From an uncultured Spirochaetota bacterium (GTDB lineage Bacteria; Spirochaetota; Spirochaetia; SZUA-6; Fen-1364): a stretch of DNA of 64,000 nucleotides. The stretch is from positions 32,001-96,000 of the forward strand of contig CAVUXE010000037.1 in assembly GCA_963745235.1 (NCBI GenBank), in the 5' to 3' direction. Below are positions 1 through 8,342 of this stretch, in pieces (position 1 is the first letter of the stretch; the number at the start of each line of letters is the position of its first letter). Position numbers and translations under genes: made by a program. The notes under the pieces are model-generated. The model worked only from the letters and a program-made list of their open reading frames with translations. It was not told the origin of the DNA and searched no databases.

Positions 1-30
1 CGGCAAATCACGGCAAATCTCGGCAAATCC
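1..30 (+). repeat. 3 x 10-bp tandem repeat CGGCAAATC(A/T/C)
   Basis: cggcaaatca cggcaaatct cggcaaatcc read directly at the window start; may extend upstream. Confidence 0.8.
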
Positions 31-37
31 GTCAAAG

Positions 38-66
38 TTGACAGCCCCTGAGGCAACGGCTATCCT
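38..66 (+). promoter_or_regulatory. sigma70-type promoter of tRNA-Leu
   Basis: TTGACA (38-43), 17-bp spacer, TATCCT (61-66), 10 bp before the tRNA. Confidence 0.75.
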
Positions 67-75
67 GCCTGCGAA

Positions 76-160
76 GCCGGCGTGATGAAATGGCAGACAT
101 GCCAGACTCAAAATCTGGTGGGTGGCAACGCCCGTGTCGGTTCAAGTCCGACCGCCGGCA
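76..160 (+). tRNA. tRNA-Leu(CAA)
   Basis: Acceptor stem GCCGGCG/CGCCGGC, anticodon arm CCAGA-CTCAAAA-TCTGG, long variable arm, T-loop GGTTCAAGTCC; no encoded CCA. Confidence 0.97.
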
Positions 161-377
161 GAGAGTTCGTGCAGATGCAAGGAATTGGCGCACCACCCTT
201 CCATGAACGGGCGGAAGGATGGCCCACTCGCCCCTATCCATACCAGTTTCCCTACCAGTTGAGCGGCCTTGTTCCTTCCAAACTGCGAGCCTCGGAAGGG
301 ACTATGCTCGTGACGGCGAGAAGGGTTCGGCATTGCGTCCTCCCGTGTAGGAAGCCGCCAATCCGGCTCGATTCAGC

Positions 378-1118
378 TCACGCAACCCTCGTGCTGCTTC
401 GCGGGGCGTCGTGGGACTTCTCGATCCTTCGCGCAACGAGGAGCGTGGCCTCGTAGAGGATCACAAGCGGAAACATGACGGTCAGGGGCGCGACGATGGG
501 ATCGCTCACGGGCGTGATGATCTCGGCAAAGGCAAAGAGTATGAAGTACGCGACCCGGCGTCTCTTTTTCAGGACAAAGACGCTCAGTACGTGCAGCCGA
601 ACAAGGATGATGAGAAGGCACGGGAGCTGAAAAGAGATGCCGCAGGAGAGAAGGAAAAACGTCACGAAGGAGATGTAGTCATCGGCGGAGGGCATGTACT
701 CGATCCTCGGAGGGAAAAGCTGCACGAGGACCTTGATCATGCTCCAGAGGAGGTAGTAGCCGAAACAGGTCCCTGCCGCGAACAGGACCACCGAAGCCAC
801 GAGCAACGGCATGACGAGACTTCTCTCGGAGCGCCGCAGCCCGGGGGACACGAAACCGATGAGCTGATGCGCCCAGAGCGGGGTGGTGAGGATGATCCCC
901 CCGTACAAGGCGAGGCGCAGCTTTATCATCAACCCGTCGAGAAGCCTGAAAGCTCTCAGGTGCAGACCGCCCGAGGGAAGAAGCAGGACGGTCAGGGCGG
1001 AATCGGCGAAAAAGTATGCAACAACGGTTCCCGCAAACACGGCGACGGCGGCAACGAGGAGGCGCCGCCGCAATTCCGACAGGTGATCGGAAAAACTCAT
1101 GAAAGCGTTGCCCGTCAT
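378..1118 (-). CDS. tatC: Twin-arginine translocase subunit TatC
   Basis: MSFSDHLSELRRRL, FVSPGLRRSE, FQLP and ITPVSDP motifs; six hydrophobic segments. Confidence 0.93.
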   Translation of the reverse strand: MTGNAFMSFSDHLSELRRRLLVAAVAVFAGTVVAYFFADSALTVLLLPSGGLHLRAFRLLDGLMIKLRLALYGGIILTTPLWAHQLIGFVSPGLRRSERSLVMPLLVASVVLFAAGTCFGYYLLWSMIKVLVQLFPPRIEYMPSADDYISFVTFFLLSCGISFQLPCLLIILVRLHVLSVFVLKKRRRVAYFILFAFAEIITPVSDPIVAPLTVMFPLVILYEATLLVARRIEKSHDAPRSSTRVA

Positions 1119-1136
1119 GCAATCCTCACAGCGGGT

Positions 1137-1469
1137 CTATGAGAGCCTGGCTCCACACTGGCCGCAGAATCGGGACTCCTGCGGGTTCAAAGCGTTGCAC
1201 ACGCCGCATGACCGCCCTGCGGCAGAAACGTTGTGCGGCGCGGGAGCCTGCGCTTGCCGAGACGCGGCGTCATCTTGAGAGCGTCTCTCCTGCACGCCGC
1301 TGCCTCCGTTCTCATCCCTGAACTGCGCACTCATTTCCTGGGCGCCTTTGCGGAACTCCCTGACCGACTTCCCAAGCCAGTGACCAAGTTGGGGAAGTCG
1401 CTTTGGTCCGAATATCACGAGCGCGACGATTCCGATGAAAAGCAGATGAATGGGCTGAAGTCCGAACAT
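1137..1469 (-). CDS. tatA: TatA/E subunit with C-terminal zinc ribbon
   Basis: ALVIFGPKRLPQLGHWLGKSVREFRKG; tail CGVC...FCGQCG. Confidence 0.9.
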   Translation of the reverse strand: MFGLQPIHLLFIGIVALVIFGPKRLPQLGHWLGKSVREFRKGAQEMSAQFRDENGGSGVQERRSQDDAASRQAQAPAPHNVSAAGRSCGVCNALNPQESRFCGQCGARLS

Positions 1470-1491
1470 GGTTCCTCCTATTCGTAACGGG

Positions 1492-1797
1492 CTACTCTCG
1501 TATGCGATAGACAGCGCACGAATGGAAATCGATCTCCCACTTGAAGCCAGGAATCCTCTCCCACAGGTATTTTCGGCTCATCGTGTCCCACCACTGCTGG
1601 AAGCGGCCAGTGTTATCGGCCATGTCACGTACCAATCTCTCGTACAGCGCACTCGCCTGCAGGTCGTTCTCGGGAAGACCGACCAGTGACCGGAAGAGCT
1701 CCGCGAGGCCGTTCTTGCGCTCGAAGAGCATGCGGATCTCGTCCCGTTCCACGCCCTCAACCGCGCCCACGCTCACGCGGTCGTTTTCAGTTGCCAT
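1492..1797 (-). CDS. CXXX repeat peptide modification system protein
   Basis: VG.V...ERDEI..LFERKNGL.EL and QQWW..MS.KY.W...WEIDF..C motifs of the CXXX-associated family (TIGR04116 as I recall it); operon context. Confidence 0.8.
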   Translation of the reverse strand: MATENDRVSVGAVEGVERDEIRMLFERKNGLAELFRSLVGLPENDLQASALYERLVRDMADNTGRFQQWWDTMSRKYLWERIPGFKWEIDFHSCAVYRIRE

Positions 1798-2890
1798 TGC
1801 GGTCCTCCTTCTTCAACTGCGCGAGGATCTCTTCCTGCACCGCGAGGATCCGCGCCAGCGTCTGCTCAATGCGCCCGTTTGTGCCCCCCTGCTGAGGCGA
1901 CCCGCGATCCTGGCTCCTGCGAGCGCCGATTTTCGACTGCGCCTGCATGAGCGCATCGAACGGATCGAGGTAGGCGAGCCGGGGGATGGGTTCCGTCCGT
2001 GCAAGGAAAGTCACGTCGCCGAGCAGATCGCGGAGAATGCTGGATGCATTCCTCTCGTGGTGCGAGGCGATGCACTGCTGGTGCGATGGCGCGTTGATCT
2101 CGAGGGTCGTGCGCTTGTTCAGGTAAAGACAGCGCTTGCAATGGTACGCATCGCAGGCTGAACAGATGGCGGCGTGGGCGATGTCCAGGAGTTCGGCGTT
2201 CGGCACGCGGAGGCCCTGGCGAAGATTTCCCACGGGCTGGTTCGGCTCATCGTGCAGGAATCCGGGACAGACATACAGGTTTCCTTCAGGCCCGACGGTC
2301 ACGTGGTCGATCCCCGCCTGGCAGTTGCGCATCGAGGTGAGAAAGATCCTGTCGGTCAGGAAGCCGAGCTCGATGTCGCGCCGCCGCCTCAGCGTCTCGG
2401 CCACGCAATGTGCGAGGTCCTGGAGAGACCGCCAATAGAGCTCGAGCGCCGCATCGCCTGGCGTCTCCAGGTCCAGGAGACAAAGGTTTATCCGCCGGCA
2501 CGTTCCAATCAGCGGGAGCAATACCGCCGGCAGCTCGGCGATACGGCCGATGGGGAAGCGCACGATGATATTGGCATCCCGCACACGGGCTGGCAACGCA
2601 GTCTTTTCGAGGTCTTCGGGCCCGACGATCACCGTCGATGCTGGATGCGCATCCGCCGCGGAAAGCGGGACGATGTCGGCATGGCTGACGCTCTGCATGA
2701 CCGGCGCAAAGGACGCAGGAGGTTCCGTCTCTCCGTATTGGAAGTTCACCACCAGCCCCCGCGCCTGGGCGAACGCAACGGCCTCCCGAAGGGTTTCCAA
2801 CGGGATGGGACGCGGCGCGGGTCTTTCAGGCTTCGCGTAGTAGCAGAAGGAAGGCGCAGACTCGTCGATCGGCACGAGGAGGAACTTCAT
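1787..2890 (-). CDS. CXXX repeat peptide maturase (SPASM-containing, lacks CxxxCxxC)
   Basis: N-terminal SFCYY, LTDRI...MRNC.AG...ITVGPEG..Y.CP.F, then CSACDAYHCKRC and PS.QQC; TIGR04119-like as I recall it. Confidence 0.82.
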   Translation of the reverse strand: MKFLLVPIDESAPSFCYYAKPERPAPRPIPLETLREAVAFAQARGLVVNFQYGETEPPASFAPVMQSVSHADIVPLSAADAHPASTVIVGPEDLEKTALPARVRDANIIVRFPIGRIAELPAVLLPLIGTCRRINLCLLDLETPGDAALELYWRSLQDLAHCVAETLRRRRDIELGFLTDRIFLTSMRNCQAGIDHVTVGPEGNLYVCPGFLHDEPNQPVGNLRQGLRVPNAELLDIAHAAICSACDAYHCKRCLYLNKRTTLEINAPSHQQCIASHHERNASSILRDLLGDVTFLARTEPIPRLAYLDPFDALMQAQSKIGARRSQDRGSPQQGGTNGRIEQTLARILAVQEEILAQLKKEDRNGN

Positions 2891-4105
2891 GGCGATGCCC
2901 CCTCGGGGGCTGCGGCAGCGGGCAGTTCTTCACCTACCGGCGGAAGCTTGGCGAACATCTTCCAGTAGTAGCGGTTGGCGCGCACCCGCGCCTTGTGCAT
3001 CGCGCAGATGAAGACGGCCCTCTGATAGATCGTCTCGGTGTCCGCCGCATCGTAGTTCAAGCCCTGGCACCAGGCACATCCGCTGGCAACCTCGCAGGCG
3101 AGGCATTTCTGCGGGCTCTGGCGCATCCGGTCGAGCGTGAGGAACGGACGAAGCCTGTTCTGATCGATCCCCTCGAAGCAGCTTCCCACGGTCCGCGCCG
3201 GGTGTCGCGCGAGCGAGTAGGGTGCGAACCTGATGCAGGGGTAGAAGAGGCCGGCGTGGTCGACGGCGAGCATCTTCCCTGCCCCGCACCAGTTCTGGGT
3301 GTCCTGCTCCGCATCGAGGGGGAGGCCGATCGAATCCGAGAAGAAGGTCGCGGCCACCGTGTTGAAGAGCCCTTTCGCGAGGACGTGGTCTGCAAGCGAT
3401 TTGAGCTGCTCCTCGAGAACCGCATCATCGCCTTCGACCCAGACGTTCTCGAAAACAGTATTGATGAACACGTTCGGTATCCCAAGGTCCCAGAGGTGCA
3501 CGACGCTCTCGAACACGAACGGCAGGTCCTCGTGACCCACCGTGACCTTCGTGCCTGCGCCCGGAAACTGCTCCAGCCACCGGGGGACGTTGCGCACGAC
3601 GTCGCCATAAGATCCCCTCCCATCGGGATACCGGCGCTGCAGGTCGTGCTTGCGCTGCGTGCCATCCAGGCTTAGCCCGATGCTGAGGTGGGCCCTGTTC
3701 TTTGCGATGAAATCCTGGACGCGCGGGTGGTCGTAGAGGATGCCGTTGGTCGAAAGGCTGAACCGGTAGCTGTCGAACCAGGGGTGGTTCTCCTCGTACA
3801 TACGCCGCTTGATGTAGTCGCACACCGCATCGATCAGCTCGATCTCGAGCAGGGGTTCGCCGCCAATGAAAGCCCATTCGACGCTGGACTCGGGAAAGAA
3901 GCGTTGGTTGGCGAGCACGTAGTCCACCGTGCGCCGCGCGATGTCGAAGCTCATGGGGTGCGCGCGGTTCTTGCCCGGACAGGTAACAGTAGCAGCACCG
4001 CAGCTGGCAGTCCTCCGTTACGATGAAGGAGATATTCTTTGCACTGCCTTCGCCCCAGCTCCGTGGCTTCTGCCCGAAAGTGTAATGGCTACTCGGAATA
4101 GACAT
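2887..4105 (-). CDS. Radical SAM/SPASM peptide maturase, CXXX-repeat target family (one apparent frameshift near 3975)
   Basis: KNISFIVTEDCQLRCCYCYL joins MSFDIARRTVDYVL if one G of GGG is removed; FIGGEPL, NWCGAGKML, YPCIRF, CLACEVASGCAWC; TIGR04115-like. Confidence 0.85.
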
Positions 4106-4120
4106 GAGAAGGGGAACCTC

Positions 4121-4336
4121 TCAGTGTGCGCAGACCATGGTGCACGTCGTTGAGCAACTCCCCGTGCAGGACGAGCTGCAGCCACCGGTGCAGGTCCCCT
4201 CGCAGTTGTCCTTGCAGGCGCTGGTGCACGTCCCGCCGCATCCTCCTGGCGGCGAGCAACTCGAGAGGCTGAGACCGAGCAGGGCGAACGAGGTGAGGAC
4301 GGTTGCAGCGCTTCTCAAGAAATGACGGCGGTCCAT
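4121..4336 (-). CDS. CXXX-repeat RiPP precursor (71 aa) with Tat and lipoprotein signal
   Basis: MDRRHFLRSAATVLTSFALLGLSLSSC followed by ten Cys at exact 4-residue spacing; in frame with the upstream rSAM ORF. Confidence 0.82.
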   Translation of the reverse strand: MDRRHFLRSAATVLTSFALLGLSLSSCSPPGGCGGTCTSACKDNCEGTCTGGCSSSCTGSCSTTCTMVCAH

Positions 4337-5458
4337 TTGATCGCTCAGGGCGGGAAGGCCGCCGTCTCCGGTCGTGACGAGCTCGTCATCGACGACGCCT
4401 CTCGCCGCTGGGCTGAGCCTCGACGGGGAATGGCGTCTCTCGGCCGCATCCTGATACTCGTGCCAGGCGCAGCAGTAGGGATCAGGGGCGTTGATGTTGC
4501 CTGTAAAATAGAGGGCGCGCGCCCGGCACCCTCCGCCCGACACCGCGAGGTGCGGGCAGTCGGCACAGCGGGTGTTCAGGGCGAAGACCTTCTTCCTTGC
4601 CAGGTGCTGCGCCCAGAGACTTGCAAGCGGTTGTGCGCGAATGCTGCCTTCAAGGAAATCGTCTCCCAGGAAAGCGCACGGGCTCATGCGGCCGTCGGCC
4701 CTGATGCCGAGCTTGGTATCGGGACAACCGAACCGCTGCGTTTCATTTCCCGCGCCGCATTGGAGCGAAAGGTCGGGAGATCGGCCTATGGCGGCGATCA
4801 TCTGCCAGGCTTCGCCCGCCATCGATGGCGGGATGAGAAGTGAGGAGTTCTCGAGCGCCCTGCCCGCGGGCTTGACGAGCCCGACGACGAGATTGCGTAC
4901 TCCAATGCTTTTCAGGAACTCGGGCAGGCGCGAGATCTCCTGCATGTTCTCGCGGTGAACGGAATACTGAACGACGAGGTCTCGGATATCCGCCGACTGC
5001 AGAAGCCTGATTCCTCGCAGGGCCGCAGCGAAGGCGCCCTGGCTTCGAAGGGAATCATGGGTCTCCGGGGTCACACCATCAAGGCTGACTTTCACCCGCA
5101 CCTGCTCCTGCGCCAGGCAAGCAGCTGTCTCGGCCGTGACGAGGGATCCCGTGGTCAGGAGCGTTACCGCGAGGCTTTTCGCTCGCGCGCGGGAGACGAA
5201 ATGCCGCAACCCGCTTCGCATCATCGGCTCGCCGCCTGAGAAGGTCACAGCTGGCACGCCCATGTCGCTCACCTGATCAATGAGCGAGAGCACTTCCCCG
5301 TCGGAGAGCTCCTGTTCCATGGGCTTCCCCGCGGAGCAATAGCAGTGCCTGCATTGATTGGAACACCTGTTCGTCAGGTCGATGTAGACGCGTGATGGAA
5401 GAAGCGGTGAGAAGGTCTTTCTTTCAGAGCCCATTCCGACATAGAGACTTCTTGCCAT
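4121..5458 (-). CDS. Radical SAM/SPASM enzyme (PqqE/NirJ-like), reading through into the precursor
   Basis: CSNQCRHC, FSGGEP, KVSLDG, SPASM region C...DGRMSPC...CADC...GGGCRARA...DPYC. Confidence 0.85.
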   Translation of the reverse strand: MARSLYVGMGSERKTFSPLLPSRVYIDLTNRCSNQCRHCYCSAGKPMEQELSDGEVLSLIDQVSDMGVPAVTFSGGEPMMRSGLRHFVSRARAKSLAVTLLTTGSLVTAETAACLAQEQVRVKVSLDGVTPETHDSLRSQGAFAAALRGIRLLQSADIRDLVVQYSVHRENMQEISRLPEFLKSIGVRNLVVGLVKPAGRALENSSLLIPPSMAGEAWQMIAAIGRSPDLSLQCGAGNETQRFGCPDTKLGIRADGRMSPCAFLGDDFLEGSIRAQPLASLWAQHLARKKVFALNTRCADCPHLAVSGGGCRARALYFTGNINAPDPYCCAWHEYQDAAERRHSPSRLSPAARGVVDDELVTTGDGGLPALSDQMDRRHFLRSAATVLTSFALLGLSLSSCSPPGGCGGTCTSACKDNCEGTCTGGCSSSCTGSCSTTCTMVCAH

Positions 5459-5728
5459 TGGAACCCCCCTCGCACACTTTTTTTGGTCTTCAGATCCTGG
5501 CGCGGCTGAGAAAGGTTTTCACATGATAGCTCTACAGGCCGATGGATGCAAGAAGAATATCTCAAGAGCTCAAAAAACTGCAAAATGAAACTCGGTATAC
5601 AAAGCCGCCATACCAGAATCCATACCTATTGGATGAGCCACCGTAGCTGGGGTAGCGGAAATAGCTTCGAGAGCCTTGAAATAGCTCGAAAACGGGCCTC
5701 ATAGCGCGTGTAGGAAGGATGGACGCGC

Positions 5729-5784
5729 CTCAAAATCTGGTGGGTGGCAACGCCCGTGTCGGTTCAAGTCCGACCGCCGGCAGA
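5729..5784 (+). repeat. att-site copy of the tRNA-Leu 3' half
   Basis: Exact 56-bp duplicate of 107-162; the 5' half of the tRNA is absent. Confidence 0.95.
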
Positions 5785-5819
5785 CAATTCCATCCTTGAT
5801 CGGTTTTGCACTCTGGGCG

Positions 5820-6000
5820 CGATTGCGGGGCACGCTGCTGCGAGCCCACGAATGCACCGTATCCGCTGCCTGCCGCGCCTCCTTGGCGTCTGATAGGGTC
5901 AACTCCAGTTCGTTATCGGGGCAGCGGACTTCAACGGCGTACGGATTCAAGATCTGGTCGGCCGCTCGCACGGCAGAAGGGACTCCTTCCGCCCGGTCCG
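5820..6000 (-). pseudogene. HEPN-domain fragment
   Basis: LNPYAVEVRCPD...DAKEARQAADTV resembles the C-terminal half of HEPN proteins (L.PYAV..RYP). Confidence 0.45.
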
Positions 6001-6179
6001 CGCTGACTTCTTCCATGAGCGCCAGGTTGGCCGCTCTTTCCATTCCCGGCGTGGCTGCGCAAGGCCGAAAACGACCTTCTTTCTCAGCCGGCATGAACTT
6101 CTTTGCCCTGAGAAATGACCGCCATCTCTGCCAGCAACCGCACGCCGACGCGCCGGTAGGCGCGAAGCGTGCCCTGGAC

Positions 6180-6810
6180 CGATGATAGTAGCGCACGAGG
6201 CTCGAAAGGCTCTGGCGGAACGCTATTGGCTTTCCCCCCTCCGCCTCTGCGTTGATCTGCGGAATGGTCTCAGCACCCTCCAGCAGTGGCCAATAGTGTT
6301 GCCGCCACTTCTCGCTGACTTCCAGGAGCGGGACACTGACCGACCCGATGGGCTCCCAGCGAGCGGAGGCCCACGAAGTCATGGCGATATCGCAAAGCGC
6401 GCGGATCAAGGCCAGCTTGTACGTAGCCACCTTCCGATCAGCGTTGATGATGCTTTCCACCCGATCGATGGCGCGCGTGCTCACTCCGGAGGACTGGAAG
6501 TACAGTGTTGCCCAGAGAAAGCCCCTCCCAGCGGAGTCAGCGGATTTCCATTCATTCTCAAGCTCAAACCCAAGCCGTTCGAAAAGGAGCCGAACCTGGG
6601 CAACGGACCGGATGATCATGAGCCTGCCCGCCTCATCACGCTGACCGCCGGGCCTGATGTCACCCCGCTCGACTGGCATAGAGATCAGGAGCTTCCCGCC
6701 CTTCTTGAGGCGCTGGCGAAGCTCGAACGCGACGTCGAAGAGCTCTCCGTCCGGGATGTGCATGATAACGCAGAGAGGAGAACACCGTCATACTCGTGTC
6801 GGATATCCGA
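6180..6810 (-). pseudogene. Class I SAM methyltransferase / HNH-associated protein fragment
   Basis: DGVLLSA..MHIP...LKKGGKLLIS, then KVATYKLALIRALCDIA...YWPL; both ends missing. Confidence 0.6.
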
Positions 6811-6844
6811 GGGCAGGCCTCCAGGCAGGAAGCCATCAGAGAGC

Positions 6845-7774
6845 TTGCCCAGATGGAACTTCATACTTACCGGCAGCTCCGCGCGTCAACTCAGGCGAGG
6901 CAGCGCCAATCTCCTTCCTGGCCGAAGCATCGCACATACCCTGACTCCCGTCATGCAGGCAGAGTGCAGGCCGAGTACTCTGCTGCCGGCCGCCCTGCCG
7001 GCTGAGCCGAGATTTCCCCAGAGGAGCCTGGAAGACTACTTGCTGTTCGGAAGCCTCCCTGGGCTGTATTCAGAAGGACGGGACGCCTGGGCTGAGACGC
7101 TGGCAACGTGGGCCGATCTTTACATCGAGAATGAGGTCCGGCAGGAAAACATCGTCAGGGACATGGGAGCTTTCAGCCGGTTTATCGAGCTTGCGGCGCT
7201 TGAGTCCGGCCGTATCGTCAACTACACCAAGATGGCCTCCGCCGTGGGCGTGGCCGTGAACACGCTCCGCAATTTCTTCCAAGTCCTTGAGGACACCTTC
7301 CTCGGAATACGGGTACCGCCATTCACCGAAACACGCCGCCGTGTCGCCCTGGCACCCCGGTTCGTTCTCTTCGACATAGGAGTTCGCCATGCTCTTGCCG
7401 GTCTTCGCATCTCAGAGGACCTCATTCGCATTGGGGCGGAGGAGCTCTTCGAACAATGGGTCATCTCCGAGCTCTGCCACCGCGCCACTGCCCTGGGGCC
7501 TGGATACTCCGTCAGCTCCTGGCGCACCTCTGGCGGGGCAGAGGTGGACGCCATCCTGCGAACTCCCGAGGAGGTGATTCCCGTGGAGATCAAATGGACC
7601 GACAGCCCGCGGCCATCGGACGCGCGGCACGTGGAGACCTTTCTCGATCTCCACTCGGGGGCGAATCGAGGCTTTGTGGTGTGCCGCACTCCCTCACGCC
7701 AGGCGCTTACCGACCGGGTCACTGCGCTGCCGTGGAATGAGTTCTATAGCTACAGCTTGTCGGGTAATTGCTAG
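6845..7774 (+). pseudogene. AAA+ ATPase with DUF4143, N-terminally truncated; last codons hit by the IS
   Basis: FILTGSSARQLRRG.ANLLPGR, FDIGV, WRTSGGAEVD, VEIKW; no Walker A present. Confidence 0.75.
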
Positions 7775-8158
7775 CCTGCTGCACCCTGCTGGGCATGGCG
7801 ACGCCTGACCGGCACCTTGCGCGTTGGTGGCGGCAACTCTTGCAGCTGACGCTCGGTTGCCTCCAGCGAAATGCGCTCCATTTCGGCGACGATGCGATCA
7901 AGTTCCTTGCCGGCAGCGATCCACCCTTCTAGCAACTTGGCTTGTTGAGCTGACAGATTAACCGTGACGGTCCTGCCGTCGAGTTTGCGGGTCCACTGGT
8001 AATACGGACCGTGCAAACGGGGGGGTGAGGCTTTGCAGGCGCAGACGGACTTGCCGCAGGTCATCATGCGCTTGAGCAGGGTGCCGCGGCGGAAGAAGCC
8101 GATGTGGCTCAGGGCGAGTTGAAGCTGCCCGGTAGTCTGATGGAAGGTCGGTTTTCAT
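7771..8158 (-). CDS. DUF6788-family protein carried by the IS (frameshift near 8115)
   Basis: RGTL...CGK..C.C...P..HGPYYQWTRK..G.TVTV. Confidence 0.7.
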
Positions 8159-8169
8159 GGCGATGTATA

Positions 8170-8205
8170 TTGACAGAGATTAGTCCCCAGTTATACTACT
8201 GGGGA
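8170..8205 (+). promoter_or_regulatory. Transposase promoter with palindrome around the -10 box
   Basis: TTGACA (8170-8175), 16 bp, TATACT (8192-8197) flanked by TCCCCAGT / ACTGGGGA. Confidence 0.65.
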
Positions 8206-8342
8206 AGTGTCTCCCGTCAATATCCTCCCGGTTCGACTTTGCCTCCCGATCCTCTCTTCGGCCCTGTGTCTGCTCCTTGTGCTCGGCGGCTTCAGTACAC
8301 GCCCTTGCGTTATCCCAACCACTTCAGCGGAGGTTCCCCCCT

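Larger units (their letters stand above)
107..5784. mobile_element. Genomic island integrated in tRNA-Leu, bounded by a 56-bp direct repeat; no integrase inside
   Basis: 107-162 is identical to 5729-5784 (CTCAAAATCTGG...CGCCGGCAGA), starting in the anticodon loop. Confidence 0.88.

Noticed and set aside
1-30. CRISPR array
   Set aside because: 10-bp units without spacers and no cas genes; I saw no repeat-spacer array anywhere in the window.
3960-3990. Programmed frameshift in the rSAM maturase
   Set aside because: No slippery heptamer, and the same extra-G pattern occurs in many housekeeping genes here.
5729-5784. Second tRNA gene
   Set aside because: Only the 3' half is present, with no D-arm or 5' acceptor strand; it is an att duplicate.
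5699-6763. 354-aa ORF as one real protein
   Set aside because: It is a chimera of MTase, HEPN-like and antisense-tRNA sequence joined by deletions.
6182-6845. N-terminal part of the 530-aa ORF
   Set aside because: It is antisense to the MTase fragment; ATPase similarity starts only near 6850.
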